Assembly (NCBI GenBank): GCA_964019425.1
Contig: OZ025782.1
Span: forward strand, 1,364,001 to 1,428,000
DNA length: 64,000 nt
Reading direction: 5' to 3'
From: Flectonema sp. DT1601
Lineage: Eukaryota
The notes beneath the pieces are model-generated. The model saw only the letters and a program-made list of their open reading frames with translations, searched no databases and was not told where the DNA came from. Positions 53,501-54,846 of this stretch are shown one piece after another. The position numbers and the translations under genes are program-made. Within the stretch, counting starts at the first letter, position 1, and every line of letters starts with the position of its first letter.

Positions 53501-54846
53501 ATGTCACCGCACACGCGCTTTTGGCACTCAGCCCCAGCTGGATTGTTAGCATTCCAATAACAAGGTCCCAAATTATCAGCGTTGCACGCATCTCTAGCCT
53601 TGTTAGTCGACGGGCAGTATGCATCAACGCACACTGCTGGAGACTTCGTCAGGTCCCAGTCACAAAGCAAGTCCGCTTCGCAGTTTCCTTCGTTGTCGTG
53701 AGCGTGGCATCCGTCTTCTACACATGTCGCAGGGTTTTGGCTGTCGTCCCACTTGCAGGATCCGGCCGGCTGGTGTCCCTCACACGCACCAATGTTATTA
53801 TACACATGACATCCGGCGATCAACACCTGCGTTCCGTACACGTCATCCGGGTTCATACAGAGGTCTCCAACTCCTCCCCATTCGCAAACGAATCCCTTGA
53901 TGTTGTCGTGTCCGTTTGGGTAGTCGTTCCACGTACCATCTGCGTAGTAGTGCCCGTAGTCTTCTCCAGTAGTAGCACAGGTTCCCGCACACGGTCTGGA
54001 CCATTCGTTCGGTTCACCAGATCTCCAGTTGGTAAACGCTCCATTGGCTATCCGAAATCCAGAACCTCTTCCGGTTCCGATCAGCATACCCTTACCACAG
54101 TCTGCTCCAGTGCACGGTGTCTTCGACTCAGGAAGTGGATATCCGAGGTCGCACGCAGAACGCTGTGGCCCAGTCACCGCTGTATTGTATGGAGGGCAAC
54201 CTTCTGGACCTGTCAGCCATCTCCATTCTCCTTCCTTAGCTACGTCACCACTTCCAATCCATCCCTGACCGTGAAGCTTTTCCGAGGCGATCTTTTCTTC
54301 CTGCGCATCAGTAATTGTGATCAGGTAACCTACCAGACCAAGGATGTCTTGGCTTTTCGAAGCGCACTCGGCTTGACCCTGGTCCCAATGACACTTTCCA
54401 GCGTTCCCCTGCGCATCCACACATCTTGAGTTGTACTCGTAAAAGTGTCCTGTTGCAGTTGAATACATCGCATGACCAAAGTTGTACGTGACACGGCGGG
54501 AAGCCCCATTTCCCGAAGATGTCTTGAATTCGATCGATGCCAAGGCCGCTGCATATTGGGAGATTGTCGCGGTCCCTGAAAGAGTCATGATACCCGTATC
54601 AGCATCAAAGTTAGCAGTAATAGGACTAGTGCAGGCAGTGCATTTTAAGGTGTCGGCTCCCTTAACATACCCTTCCTCGATGTCCATCACAGCTCCCGAT
54701 ATGGTTGTGCTGCAGTCGCATGCCCCGGACGTGAATGTGATTTGGTTGCAATCAACATCCGGAAACGCAGTCATTGCAACGCCCTGTTCATACTTCAGGC
54801 CGCTGCTGGCTCCTAAGATCCCTAACAACAGAACGAGTTGCCTCAT
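17566..54846 (-). CDS. Giant (12,426 aa) type I membrane adhesin-like protein with 19 vWA domains, 3 C-type lectin cassettes, 14 cbEGF-like repeats, many Cys-rich CxW repeats, EGF, TM and short tail (complete copy B)
   Basis: Single uninterrupted 37,281-bp ORF from ATG (54846) to TGA (17566-17568). Hydrophobic N-terminus, repeated DGSGS MIDAS motifs, EPN/WND lectin motifs and a C-terminal hydrophobic helix. Flanked by AT-rich, homopolymer-rich non-coding DNA. Confidence 0.95.
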   Translation of the reverse strand: MRQLVLLLGILGASSGLKYEQGVAMTAFPDVDCNQITFTSGACDCSTTISGAVMDIEEGYVKGADTLKCTACTSPITANFDADTGIMTLSGTATISQYAAALASIEFKTSSGNGASRRVTYNFGHAMYSTATGHFYEYNSRCVDAQGNAGKCHWDQGQAECASKSQDILGLVGYLITITDAQEEKIASEKLHGQGWIGSGDVAKEGEWRWLTGPEGCPPYNTAVTGPQRSACDLGYPLPESKTPCTGADCGKGMLIGTGRGSGFRIANGAFTNWRSGEPNEWSRPCAGTCATTGEDYGHYYADGTWNDYPNGHDNIKGFVCEWGGVGDLCMNPDDVYGTQVLIAGCHVYNNIGACEGHQPAGSCKWDDSQNPATCVEDGCHAHDNEGNCEADLLCDWDLTKSPAVCVDAYCPSTNKARDACNADNLGPCYWNANNPAGAECQKRVCGDISDKCDCLAASPDCIWDSANNHCVDPNVQCPPVDISFLLDGSGSMDARFGSHAVGFYGMMEEMRDFLHTAELAPSSTSTYGIRASLVQFGKPGEAQTAQNSPPAPAGFVNCKPWVAVAGTTQGAALSGNYASLSNDVTFHENFFCRRWSQGKTILAPALQVAYDTFQNSGQARKKIVMIITDGALHDRDSDIRTIEDKLKNDHDAQIFGVVVRKATGHTRQDLQAEAKLKPLVSDPQDDHFLNVDLDHFKEQVLDQICDSTSVFGRGIAAGTVTVPSGCAPKGSETDCMADLNCKWDASITPSCTQSDCYPLCSETDCKAHPGCLWDNGDCKREQPGCSGKDEAQCKTDKDCLWNAMWATNKCIDDPCRVHENEQPCEAVAVEMGAPCNPPAGDPDYCFLSVCEYDPSKTPKCYPKKCLHTKEGDCNAEDGCEWVPVQTPPPPGPPSTLVEYCAEKICQYVSDTTCNADTKCQWDTALDKCVERPCVKHPDAGSCNADTACHWDTTGTPPVCTQTPCGGYPTQPACQNDDKCMWQTNANPAYCAVKTCDKYNNPKDECKCNEDPDCTWVADPNNPHCAIPSLSQCPDLDVAFVIDGSGSMWRSFGRHAHGYTALLEMLRDWVKTLPLTGEDHTVRQNSAVTGGTFRITFIQFSKANARPDEDHPTNCAIGQCTDGMLSGNLQELMGDIDWHEANYQRQWTYIHDALQDVADHTFLPQNSPPHRKHIVVIIADGGLTDINGDACSARNSCNQCPFGCDQLWQPTYPGMLDKAQQDLRKENVIVFGVVMRRFTGRTYQDDYAELRLKPLVTDPKDDHFLNLQLDEIPSQLLNVFCDPSSPIGKSLIPPVDSTHFPCATWGFKDECNADKYCEWKQPKLSKCDSPTGCPELNCRAVPSQYAGIYQCANCKLQRATVICGAGVVSAIDGTCSATHCKECCEKDCCDKDPACSWSGTPKECTRKVCEHTDKTNCEGDADSLCQWDDNTRDCSKKPCAAIFVQDACLNKTDCLWDTGVDPPVCLQIPTCDGKSQADCLADPQCVYNCSLPTECRDSRCQYTTTATCGVDSNCEWVNGACSERPCTYTAQQPCDAAGCENCKWNTRSQQCEVDKCKVHTTQNNCDQDPLCMWDGTTPCTTDYCPSFGDDIVACDHDPRCHWNTTTAPASCQPTECTVAYNTKYPPASTVDARCSSDPNCKQGSDGNGTYCEKTRCGDLTNCDCTKNPDCYWDSTTNPKCRDVHVSACPDLDVVFVLDGSGSMSARFGNHPHGYFGMVEMLRDWMQTLPLTGEDHTVGQQSSVIGGTFRLAFVQFSRTDAYWVCKNNGQGCTLGTRGCRAPAPAGTCTDGELSGDLSELNVDLDWHETNYMKSVTYMAKALEDAVHVFQGSPSHRQHVLIVITDGAMNPKEPQSSSEIPAIRQSLDNMDVITFGVVVRKSAAHTKADLDAEKTLKPITSDPHDDHFVNVPLDDMLDEVFKDFCDPAGRFGAAILAHQNQGGNTPPPATGAVVPCSKWGVKLECRADQACDWQDVVPQKCAAAEGCLNLNCLELSATQKAAGFVCENCMLAGGSVACTAGARNTASGMCVTTECEKHCLKPDCDLATGCFWDQDKCQREVCKHPAQQDCVQDDLCDWNTTKVPAECDPKDCQHFAPGPCNADDKCKWDAPTGTCNPTKPDCKEIKDEQKCLADPSGLCDWDCVSDSCINKVCLFTDQSSCENQLNVPRCEWGDGANPLCHKKRCTTTTQAECLADTACNWDGTTCSETKCYPHADEVSCNRDTDCHWDAVGCGLCAEKYCFDTHANKDSCNSDQKGVCRWDVANNKCVDKVCSDYNSNLFPNDFICPCKEDPRCIIDRSSGSAVCVDQKYSSCPDLDVVVSFDASCSMDKTFGRHPSGFDALMEVMRDWVQKVPLTGEDSTKGINSNVKGGKLRVAFNSWDTGVRVAQCPTCSCNPNSGVTKGDGIPSLSIITGTTPTVADTCGKLTGDRTQLLADLDWYEGEALRCQTKVKEAEEWAGEIFKESPASRQKVLLIITDGRIMDKDELGPAGQVLAAEGVKVFGILLRRQATATTRDLANLATLKEIVSTPKATHALSLQVDEALSIMDGFCDPNSPFGTYITQGSSSQVTSCSQIGALASCDSEKTCKWNSISLKCEDHPCFSNCNENNCTNDPNNKCLWNTNGDTCEKAVCTDYQNQLDCKANNCQWDQAKNPACFEPECDATTEDACVNLGEKCMWDTSLQPPDCVKTPCYYNKTECVADPDCQWDDVCSDPVDQKCVPKRCILDSHKTQAGCQADIFCVWSQQLTCEPAPCVNYPDEKCCDHDDSCHWDVSQAPAVCKQKYCPSTYPSAAHLDPCNADGLCMWNSTTNECVDKVCNKMEECACKEDPDCFWSGVKCADKKYGECPVMDIILLLDGSGSMSRNFGRHPHGFFALVEILRDWVKTLPLTGEPAASPTPGGPVTGGVRLGFVQFSGKNRGWPWPWSSGRSNAIETSGNTGTGGHLSGLEREINDDLDWHENNYLGKGTMIQLGLEMVGDMFDRSHKVSSRKRILIIITDGRIYDPDVLSPARQVLDQEQVQTFGIVVRRQSGHTKADTDAEKTLKPITSDPHDDHFQNLQIDEIASQVFADICDPNGVWGHLIVTSTNAPGQSGVHKPCDHYTDTHECTQDSGCVWDAASAACADSPCTAHCHNPECTADTLNLCVWNTTTGDCWKTTECAYTTKAECQKSPEKCVWDDVKKCEKEKCTPNTNLQDCLDDPDTCEWINVNGKDQCVEKKCQYPDQNTCKTDPNCDWSADACNGTAQSCKEILCTHTTAGDCTADSRCSWDATGVVGICKENLCAKYLDERCCDHKDACKWDITVTPPVCGDKKCPKIDNKNTCNNDTDCLWDDTNNKCTDLDCSKYPTRCPCDKNSKCYWKPGAGLNGQGQCVAIEFGECPTIDIAVIIDGSGSMSSTFGSHPHGFYALVEMLRDWVTKLPLNGEDATVGLNSAPNNAGVRVAFVQFSGKNYRRSEAKAASGSGTTNGRLSGVLGELDADLDFHENNYYKKGTMIEKALTMAGDIFHGSPVDGRQRVLFIFTDGRIFDEQSLAPARAELDREGVQTFGIVVRKRDQHTKADLDAEKTLKPITSDPHDDHFQNLMIDDIPDLIGSICDPNGPWGHLIVKDPPKPTTGVHHPCPDYVTETPCEQDAGCVWSDVGGLCVNSPCLLHCLEPDCRNDKGNNCTWDSQNATCSKAEDPTCPCKFDTTDAKYNEQQCNADVRCTWESNKCIYDECKTKGAGCTGVGQSCTDPNKEPCSPDDYVCECIPPSTVFPAGTPPSQQPAECRLDECVASCPTCANDTCTALGQTCNDPNPTMTHHSDWTCTCPPPSTGKATAAAADCKLDECVVDCRTCGKCTDGQTCFDPNKGATATSDWMCVCPPPSNNTQVTGQANCSIDECTLHKDICTNVGQQCVDPNPLQQGDWKCECLPPTNGTMTAGPAVCLLDECEKDCPTCEKDVCKGAPTGEQKCNDPDKTATSTGDWTCECIPPMTGVGVVAPAHCKLDECIKVCPTCANDTCSSQNQTCHDPNHDATSLSDWVCKCPPPATDIAVAAAATPCEDDECHDPNNEKVCTAAGQVCVDDDKKTRGTWECECIVPPAVAAMRGQQVPAQCEYPGECATSNDAKMKCTDLGFVCDDPNPMVAGDWVCMCAPPATGTNVTLGTPTDCVLDECVVTCPTCAQTDTSSTNVCSAEGQRCVDNNQSHTDLGDWTCECIPPQVGTPAVAAPAKCQLDECVAVCPTCAQTQQGGPSTCTAAGQTCEDPDRSVDSTSDWTCTCVNPGRGVATAKLADCVCDECRNNTICLVAGQTCYDAKKTCPPEDDFKCECPPPTSGVMTASAATCTVDECVENEATCKQVGQTCRDQNTTKLNDWECLCPPPSVGIAITQQAKCVLDECVQTCPTCAGTTCSDVGQECEDPNMTPQSTNDWLCKCQPPSTNVATGKPAKCEEDECDTNGFKCTADCRAGSLNCQQTCFDPNTTVSSKDDWRCVCPPPSSDFAIAKAAECTNDPCKHDNEQTCLADPEGCEWKDLPTPGCTRKPCLHDKQSDCAADPVCDWATGSGKAGNLANQLSFEKDVPVKPFDGLACETPGSWKNGCSCATTIGSNVLPGAIVDIEDGYYNNGKDTLTCVACKALGLTAEWHAQSGMLSISSGTAADLAKAIASIEFSTSADNTGKRRITWNYGHGFFSSHTGHYYHFFPKSTCPGGACKWSEAQDQCALGSNKILGLLGYLITITSETEDEVARKKLEGQGWMGATDRHQESTWSWVTGPEGLAGGCVYTPTTSSCDIQNEAGLPFGQGTAGNFVLRVDAATGKNMYANWAGAEPNNWSGPCPGSCATDGEDYAHFLSPSGEWNDYPGDHHHIDGYICEWGGVGEMCVAVGDATGVTDLVPGVCVEKVCVNDTETDCKANPKCEWLGGNVEPCVVAPCVENPNEKECDKDPVCHWDVTVSPSLCKEKVCNKNKDPTTCSAKDDCVWDDGANRCVDKECDPFDRCDCKAEPRCFWDTSSGAGKCVESRYGQCPTLDVVLLVDGSGSMSQNFGRHPNGFYAMMEMIRDWVKTLPLTGESHQVGINSTAPNGGMRMGVIQFSGIPISGGTAIDKAAIRTPIGVGSFGSLTGKLTELQADIDYHEANYLQAGTYINQGLGWAGDMFRASPVGRKRVLIIITDGAIKDDDKLSAARATLNQESVEVFGVVLRRQATHTAVDTAAEEKLKPITSDPHDDHFENLIIDELPATVLNGLCDPNSKWGALLMPGAAAQNQSGVHKPCPQYVDQVLCTADPGCLYSSVGLECVDSPCVQHCNQTQCTADTLNDCFWNASVVGLEGCWKNPLCSYQDAATCEKDPKCDWNQTKTDCEERICNQPTEAECDLDPKGCEWDGLQQTCVEKPCKQTNASACNSDVLCEWDACDGVTDGAQCIKKRCVAAPGNPALTEQDCNADQHCEWQSNACALKLCTHHSDERCCDKDPKCHWDLSLTPSQCSIKHCARMNQNKPACDTDPLCTFNDSSTECVDKECKNLDRCDCLAETKCFWNSLAPKQFCTETKFGQCPTLDLVLLLDGSGSMSATFGRHPHGFYGLMEMLRDWIKTLPLNGEKANVGLNSAPNTGEVRVGLIQFSGKNKRGASAGRADAKGTPAGTGTGGSLSGDFDELSTDVDWHEANFYSRGTMIQKGLQMAADVFHQSPNDGRQRVLIIITDGRIYDPEQLQAARSELDTEKVQVFGVVVRKNTQHTKADLDAENTLKPITSNPHDAHFQNLQIDEIPDKVLGDICDPNGVFGSLVLGQAAQQGAGAANPASGGVHQPCPQHLQQVGCLADPGCVWFDNSLSCGDSPCLHHCEEQNCTADAANGCAWTNGTICLREPKTGCDIYTGKPTECEAQKDCQVDKNGSTCIDKKCNRDNEQGCLADPDDCVWNNLNQKCTEPPCKETDEGKCVASQDGCVWQTTIPLNSTVSAYARGQPMVPFPTLTCTVSGTCSCSDTVKGAAVDVEEGYVKGKDVLACDQCAALGFEAEWHDIPGVLYLKSKTPKTLTEYAAALATVTFTTTSDAGSPRTITWNYGHGFLSTVTGHYYHYFSKSECLNVDPTATECHWGQAQAECESADNMILGLTGYLITITSDEEDRVAKLKLEGQGWMGAADLKDEGQWGWVVGPEGLESGCTYAAQKSGCDLSSQVGLLIGSGTGGSFAVATNSKTGKPMYTNWEAGEPNNYRGACPGSCAASGENYAHFRWPSGEWNDFPGDHQRIDGYICEWGGVGQLCVNPEDASGHVEITAGTCVEEKCKAGRKDPCVADPYCEWKDNTTECVQKKCTEYMTEIQCDKIEDCHWNPSISPAMCVEKPCAKLQDVATCEADSDCAWDKDRSKCIDKDCNKLDKCDCVDDEKCYWKVEQAPQGSCRKVTYGECPTLDVVMILDGSGSMSRNFGRHPHGFYALMEMVRDWVKTLPLSGEKAVVGINSAAGTEKLRVALVQFSGHPEFLVPSSNIVNSVAFPPVGVGAGGRLTGDLSELSDDVDWHEANYLEAGTYIEKAMVRAGSIFKTSSPVDGRKRVLIIITDGKIQDDDKLAQVVKDLEGMDVQTFGIVVRRTDQLTASDVAAEDSLKPITSDPHDDHFLNLLIDQIPDQALNGICDPNGPWGHLIVDQAATQAQQAGVHRPCPNYDNKIPCSADMGCIWSDVLIACLDSPCVKHCTENQCANSTDCRWNTTVLECFNKEVCPGILDSNACNQNDKCSWNATTNECIDTPCLHPDESSCIADSTFKCTWDTVNGTCTQTPCQAVDKTNCNQEPGCEWNEACGDASCEAIPCQHAEETECSKDVLCKWSQQSCSRRLCAVYPDEKCCNQKDGCHWDVQQAPAVCAQLPCRKFDDNVACDAERECMWKNNKCLEKDCGEFEKCDCDADPDCFFTTANGGSHCTFQRYATCPTLDVVLLLDGGASMSRAFGRHPHGFYALVEVVRDWAATLPLSGEAAGATTMPQTKAIRLAMVQFAGSTQWPSSDEKQALSSPSGTGTGGRLSGVLSEVKADADFHEGSFMGASATAQPDVRQTYLLGALQKAVSLFQTSPFDGRKRVLIIVSDGELNDKDSYTAARAALDQAQVHVFGIAVRPFGTVSADDVKTQETLLGALSDPKDQHLQSLQIDEVASALKGLCDPNHVWGKFIADSSVACTLYSSKDPCNKDDGCVWFDRTLSCGDSPCLAHCLDTNCTADQENHCVWNQTLGACRKEEICDHADTTDCENDKKCQVDPVDRQTCIGKICDHDNQQGCLADPKGPCLWDEISKTCDKQPCVYFEPVFCNNDTECTWNNDANLCEPIRCRWTQQVDCEEKDDNACEWKNNTCTFKPCKHHPDEKTCGEDDLCTWGTDCEVKYCRRYGEQGSCDQDGACMWLNDTCVDKNCGEFEVCRCRKDGDCYWDKGTCKESKFGECPTLDIVLLVDGSGSMSQSFGVHPHGFYGLMEMLKTWTSSLTLSGVPAGGSPSLDGKARVGFVQFSGIPTNKLPNGNVDGAQTSPAQVGASGRLTGLKAELDSELTWQEANYMQGGTYIASALDTAADMFKESPGSLRKKVLLIFTDGAILDDKILQPARGRLETAGVVTFGIVVRRFLAHTKLDLLAEETLKPITSQPQVDHYLNLLLSEIPEALDGLCDPNSLWGKYVVDQSQAGVHKPCQNYVDKTKCDSDPGCLYQEVLTACVDTPCIRHCLETECNNDQSNHCNWNSQEQVCYKKEICPHTNLQDCNQDPMCAWNQTVCGEKPCLHPDENSCLADTEFDCTWETGTQNCVLTPCQHTDESSCNAAGCEWDQCPGSSADDACVERLCVATAETACTADSRCDWNSGSCSAKPCVLYPGEKCCNSFDGCHWDVQQSPAVCAQLPCRKFDQNGCEGEDECMWESGKCIEKDCGKMDKCRCEGDADCFYAKSADSHCTFQRYGTCPTLDVVLLLDGGASMSRAFGRHPNGFYALVEVVKDWAATLPLSKNAAGQTPLADTKTVRLAMVQFAGSSKWLPGDARQATFSPKGTGSAGSLTGSLAEINDDAKYHMQAFLGASVVTQPATQQTYLLAGLEKAVSLFRSSPVDGRRKVLIIVTDGELVDKDAYGQAMAELDQAQVRIFGAVIRPFSTRTAVDLKAEETLKQIVTAPRAAHFQNILVDELAAALNGICEPGHVWGRYVADVSDEVLPCPTVAEKDPCNKQSHCVWFDETLSCGDSPCLKHCKEANCTADWPNQCLWEGGACMKEEVCNFPTARCEKEDKCEVAKDGTTCIGKKCEHDNEQGCLADPDPCEWNNLAQTCGNRPCTYDTIPTCEQDLNCTWNTDAKYCELKKCSPYLNKEDCLQKPTTPGLCEWVKQIAGGELCETAPCKQYSSEKECNGDVICEWDTSIAPGICNEKYCRRHCTKKGCNKATCDADAKCLTEGNSCVTKVCEKLSSDPCACHNDPDCFWIPSEQACVDTRYGTCPTLDLVVLFDGSGSMSKAFGRHPHGYFAEVEMLKTWVQGLPLSGQAAGTTSTVNRKTRVAFVQFSGVPQDSGSPVTGPIPGSALKTPSNVGTAGRLSGDATELLADLSWHEANYMGQGTYIRAGLDMAVGIFQDSPLDGRKRALFIITDGAIQDKNLLASAQAKLSSQQVEVFGIVVRRFATHTQLDSDAEEVLKPITSDPHVDHFKNVDMDELADENGPLTKMCDPATGWGSALALQPVGGEHQPCRKYEGKTSCMSDVGCVWSETLLGCVNSPCVVHCSEAACNGDLTNGCVGGWNDQEKTCYREEVCGGDNIVACESEEGCEWNATASDCSEKRCHHTTEGSCLADTETTCLWKDPATCVVMPCVNYRSQDVCQQDTENSCKWTGDNTCVQTKCAYTTEVECRVDALCDWQTSNQTCTVRPCVEYTEDKSCDADRRCHWDTSTSPGSCQLKRCAKYSDQPMCEADSGCLWENDVCVEKTCHKIPERCDCQQDPTCFWSNTGGRGRCEEQAYGKCPTLDVALVLDGSGSMSQSFGRHPHGFYAMMEMIRDWVKTLPLSGEDSTVGSKSVPSGGVRVGFVQFSGLAGSTGPTGGVVNSAQRTPPGVGTNGRLSGDLTQLQADIEWHEDNYMKQLTFIEEGLVMASNMFAQDSPVDGRRKIIIIITDGVLMDGDKLSGVKSTLKQQQVLVFGIAVRRFSARTQEDIDAEAALKPVVSAPADEHFLSLMLDEVPTEVLTGLCDPASKWGKFVAGTGSGSIGLPSGAVPCDQFPSKGVCNQEKACAWGDSAQVCGNTPCFQHCNSTQCNGDVGNHCEWNATESVCWKSKLCAHANEGDCKQDNECVWKNDTCVEKPCVHDDEDACLADPEGCTFDSLQQICSPEPCKTLKTNDDCNTMSEICEWDTHGLICKPRRCVSCGSNSTCCVEDENNKQWCEMNTTANVCQEKPCVGHADEITCHEDLVCEWDAAVAPGKCKERFCSRYGDATSCNNEPACHWDFSTCSEKKCGDYAKDSTDTDKVHCACNSNPECFWHDNVCVDVHYGACPTMDIVVLFDGSRSMAESFGRHPRGYAALLEMIRDWSLLLPLANDYGRADRNGTDYAKGLTRIAFIQFSGNENRKVNGVVKGSSLSAPTGKGRAAGRLSGYLPELTGDLDWQEKNFMGEGTFLAESFDIAAGLLSKAPNDGRKKVLMVIIDSKIEDSDQTSLAKSKLDAMGIHTVGIVIRKHHLHETSDLEAESSLKPLVTEPQETHFANYMIDELQDNVFEKWCNPSTPWGTWLVDLKTTDSHLPCDFHHNSAECNRDSGCQWDDSLVRCANTPCLQLCSEDLCTSADKDLLCKYDANDHSCGKTKVCAATNSNDCGLDPACWWPKDRCEPRPCKHITEVACISDTEDECHWVQDKCTLKKCSYTTSQDCLADTECTWDQVASVCSEKPCQHVVMDICVGDKQCKWENAKCIERPCAKYLDESSCHTNVACTWNVDSSPAYCTETYCARWTQQNDCDGDVACAWDSQQDSCMESRCDRFNGKQCECQEESGCFWSSASDECVTSLFGACPPLDVAIVFDGSGSMSQAFGRHPHGYEALTTFLKDWVKKLPLNGDSYTAKENTKATGMRVGFVQFSTPGAPRTTAGFAGTANGLLSGSLSELEKDIVYHNKNQMAGRTFVQGALEHAVEIFRASPSTRKRVLILITDGKLNDADRLKAARGSLDALSVQTFGVVIRRLNTRTQEDIDAEFALKPIVSLPTDNHFLNLKLDDLVTEVFDAICDPAKKFGALIAKREGAEHQPCAVHASAGVCLADTWCVWSESLLGCVNSPCLSFGCNENNCTAATDDFCGWDGKSCSRQPVCPTHATETPCVADTENGCQWDGSSCQEKKCNHKSEDSCSTDPVGCEWDTHDMVCTKTDCTYTNESACTQATAESCSWKAEEKLCVKDRCNSQTCETNAWCCECATHADEVTCNHDDKCHWSVDESPSICKVKYCSKFTEQGSCSTDPELKCGWDSSMNKCIDKNCTKITMPCPCNKDLGCFWDGSKNECVTGQFGGCPLMDIVIAIDSTTSMQGAFSRHPNGYYAMVEKIRDWVKSIPLSGTPGKMFRDSPTQGVRVGVVQFAAEAGAIKSPNKVGSEGHVTGDLSELLIDLDFHEKNIVGTDRAYIKSALDLTKGMLATVTRKRVLLVLTDSELKDAATTATVQNLRTLLGMQVKTFGILLRPTVAFDSASSNAREELKSITTTVQDEHFEDATIDELDSILWALCDPHKQFGALIAKSATGSSSASIPCPMHLEKNACDVDLSCRWSDRLLSCADSGCVTHCDETTCTEDHANLCAWKDDSCFKQPICSYTDVSECSVDPGCDWNANEAKCEKKKCQHESESGCVEDLVGCEWQSDRDACVVRPCTYTSQDACNVDAACTWDSNIRGMMAFAPCVEIPCQATSQTECLQDAKRCEWKTETSKCVPLKCTPHPDEKTCDHDDACHWNTDNSPPGCSQKYCSKHTQVPCEADAEKCKWSGNACVELKCSDLKDGCGCKAVDRCTWDAKRSACLEGTFGGCPVMDIAVVFDGSGSMSQTFGRHPHGFYAMVEQLRDWVKTLPLSLEQAGTTTANAGGLRVGFIQFSAPKSAIRAPAGTGTGGRFSGVVAELSADLDYHEQSYAMESTYISQALDFAANLFQGSPAGRRKVLLIVTDGKIHDAAELGSARAALGGQGVEVFGVVLRRFDAHSQIDLEAEAVLSSIVSEPKADHYVNIPLDDFSSEVLVDICNPNSKFGKVILNYQELEGHHLPCGAFSTERACYGEAACDWNATSLVCEWSTCHTECSEAKCSAAGCVWDTAFGECGRVVECSATTKAACEMMQYSNEACRWYDDDSVCRLPPCTATTEDNCLADPFGCQFDEEAADQDKCTEKKCNAPDQTACEQKSICQWDDVISSCVEKPCVPYTTQAICDKHSYDCTWEGNACTPKECVPHTNERVCAGDDNCEWKTAHSPAHCGVKVCRVNKDKTSCDATDECVWDTNKNTCDEGVTQCKRFSSSCACGQTSGCMWRNDTCIASLYANCPAVDIVILLDGSTSMTETFGRHPHGFLAVTELLLDWVNTLPLAVKEASGVATASARSYGFRIGFAQFMARGEAKRTTSQGTKGLLSGASAELADDLHWHEDQFKASSSADSYASQAMEMASVMFDDSPADRKKVVIVIADGAIPDSNMMTATRGRLESQRATVFGIQVRRFATQSTEITSAADTIKSMVTEPVDSHFQSIQMSDLANVFEGLCNEATAFGYYVSKHGESLHKGSCKEWDTAAGCEVDSLCKWAANKCVRSVCPTFCQENECVAAPSAERCGWDATAQSCQKQVCKFTTQGACESTTDAESCRWETSALSAALCKPNVGCYALEDEATCITDHTCSWNAAKPLCEERSKCGVIGTKPKCDDLAECVWNTATSTCDDVEGCGLYPEQGECELQDCTWAPSGVCIDKDCGIWVESTKCEAARCDWVDGTNGTTPRCEDPKGCAIYEKEPKCINDLACEWDAASTTCKDRTGCPIYKDATTCQRLRAPALRCEWDATNVVCKDGDGCFKYSQINTCSDNDNCEWFEGAALPAGVTQPLCGTRCAILSNMACDDAQGCKWEEATCKKNDGCEDAAGKPACDQMNWCTWDVNKCVTSLPCSEWSTEETCTVRSNGKCEWTGSECVVGGCPSYNVTVCEAEGCVWNETSCVDPAACKQCPPGMSGKNCDKCDFVEVAGNCVVCDREATCSGKGDCTNNNMCACDAGWGGVDCSLRMCAPGGAYWYTAYPNKPVKDEPFTVIVHGCFPQEKPGQLALMKGLDCSASVANCMEDGSQITIHDTCQAAAAKNPMLEPEVGMELLMNVTAKISGEYTLCYALDGGKWAPVETHDRSGSRISQLEVLEEFNDDAGARGAPQTNAGEACCEGLKLGEACLPAALILVLWILIIALIAFMVYSLIKSRNENAALDQQNKNRKFDDFDMEDGNKTMLRDDDGNVNADRNSDK
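17707..17775 (-). other. Single transmembrane helix followed by a 46-aa acidic cytoplasmic tail (copy C: 56584..56652)
   Basis: AALILVLWILIIALIAFMVYSLI followed by KSR (positive-inside rule), then a D/N-rich tail to the stop. Confidence 0.9.
18265..18336 (-). other. Tenascin-type EGF-like domain
   Basis: CSGKGDCTNNNMCACDAGWGGVDC matches CSGxGxC...CxCxxGWxGxxC. Confidence 0.8.
18440..19710 (-). repeat. Membrane-proximal run of short (about 25-30 aa) Cys-rich CxW repeats with no vWA domain
   Basis: Repeating C...C....CxW...C units, e.g. GCYALEDEATCITDHTCSWNAAKPLC and GCAIYEKEPKCINDLACEWDAASTTC. Boundaries are approximate. Confidence 0.8.
36076..37068 (-). other. Ig/cadherin-like plus C-type lectin cassette 3
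   Basis: GYLITITSD...GWMGAAD...WGWVVGPEG...YTNWEAGEPNNY...WNDF...GYICEWGG. Confidence 0.85.
40216..41223 (-). other. Ig/cadherin-like plus C-type lectin cassette 2 (copy A: 1642..2649)
   Basis: GYLITITSE...GWMGATD...WSWVTGPEG...YANWAGAEPNNW...GEDYAHF...WNDY...GYICEWGG. Confidence 0.85.
41380..43713 (-). repeat. 14 tandem calcium-binding-EGF-like repeats of about 55 aa (copy A: 2806..5139)
   Basis: Consensus CxxDEC...C...GQxCxDP(N/D)...DWxCxCxPP...AxC, which resembles the cbEGF pattern DEC...CxD/N...aromatic-xCxC. Confidence 0.7.
53812..54798 (-). other. Ig/cadherin-like plus C-type lectin cassette 1, at the N-terminus (copy A: 15238..16224)
   Basis: GYLITIT...GWIG...EGEWRWLTGPEG...NWRSGEPN (EPN at 54007-54015)...WND (53923-53931)...FVCEWGG. 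Confidence 0.85.
54799..54846 (-). other. Predicted signal peptide MRQLVLLLGILGASSG (copy A: 16225..16272)
   Basis: Basic n-region, hydrophobic core LVLLLGILG and small residues (S-S-G) at the likely cleavage site. Confidence 0.8.
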
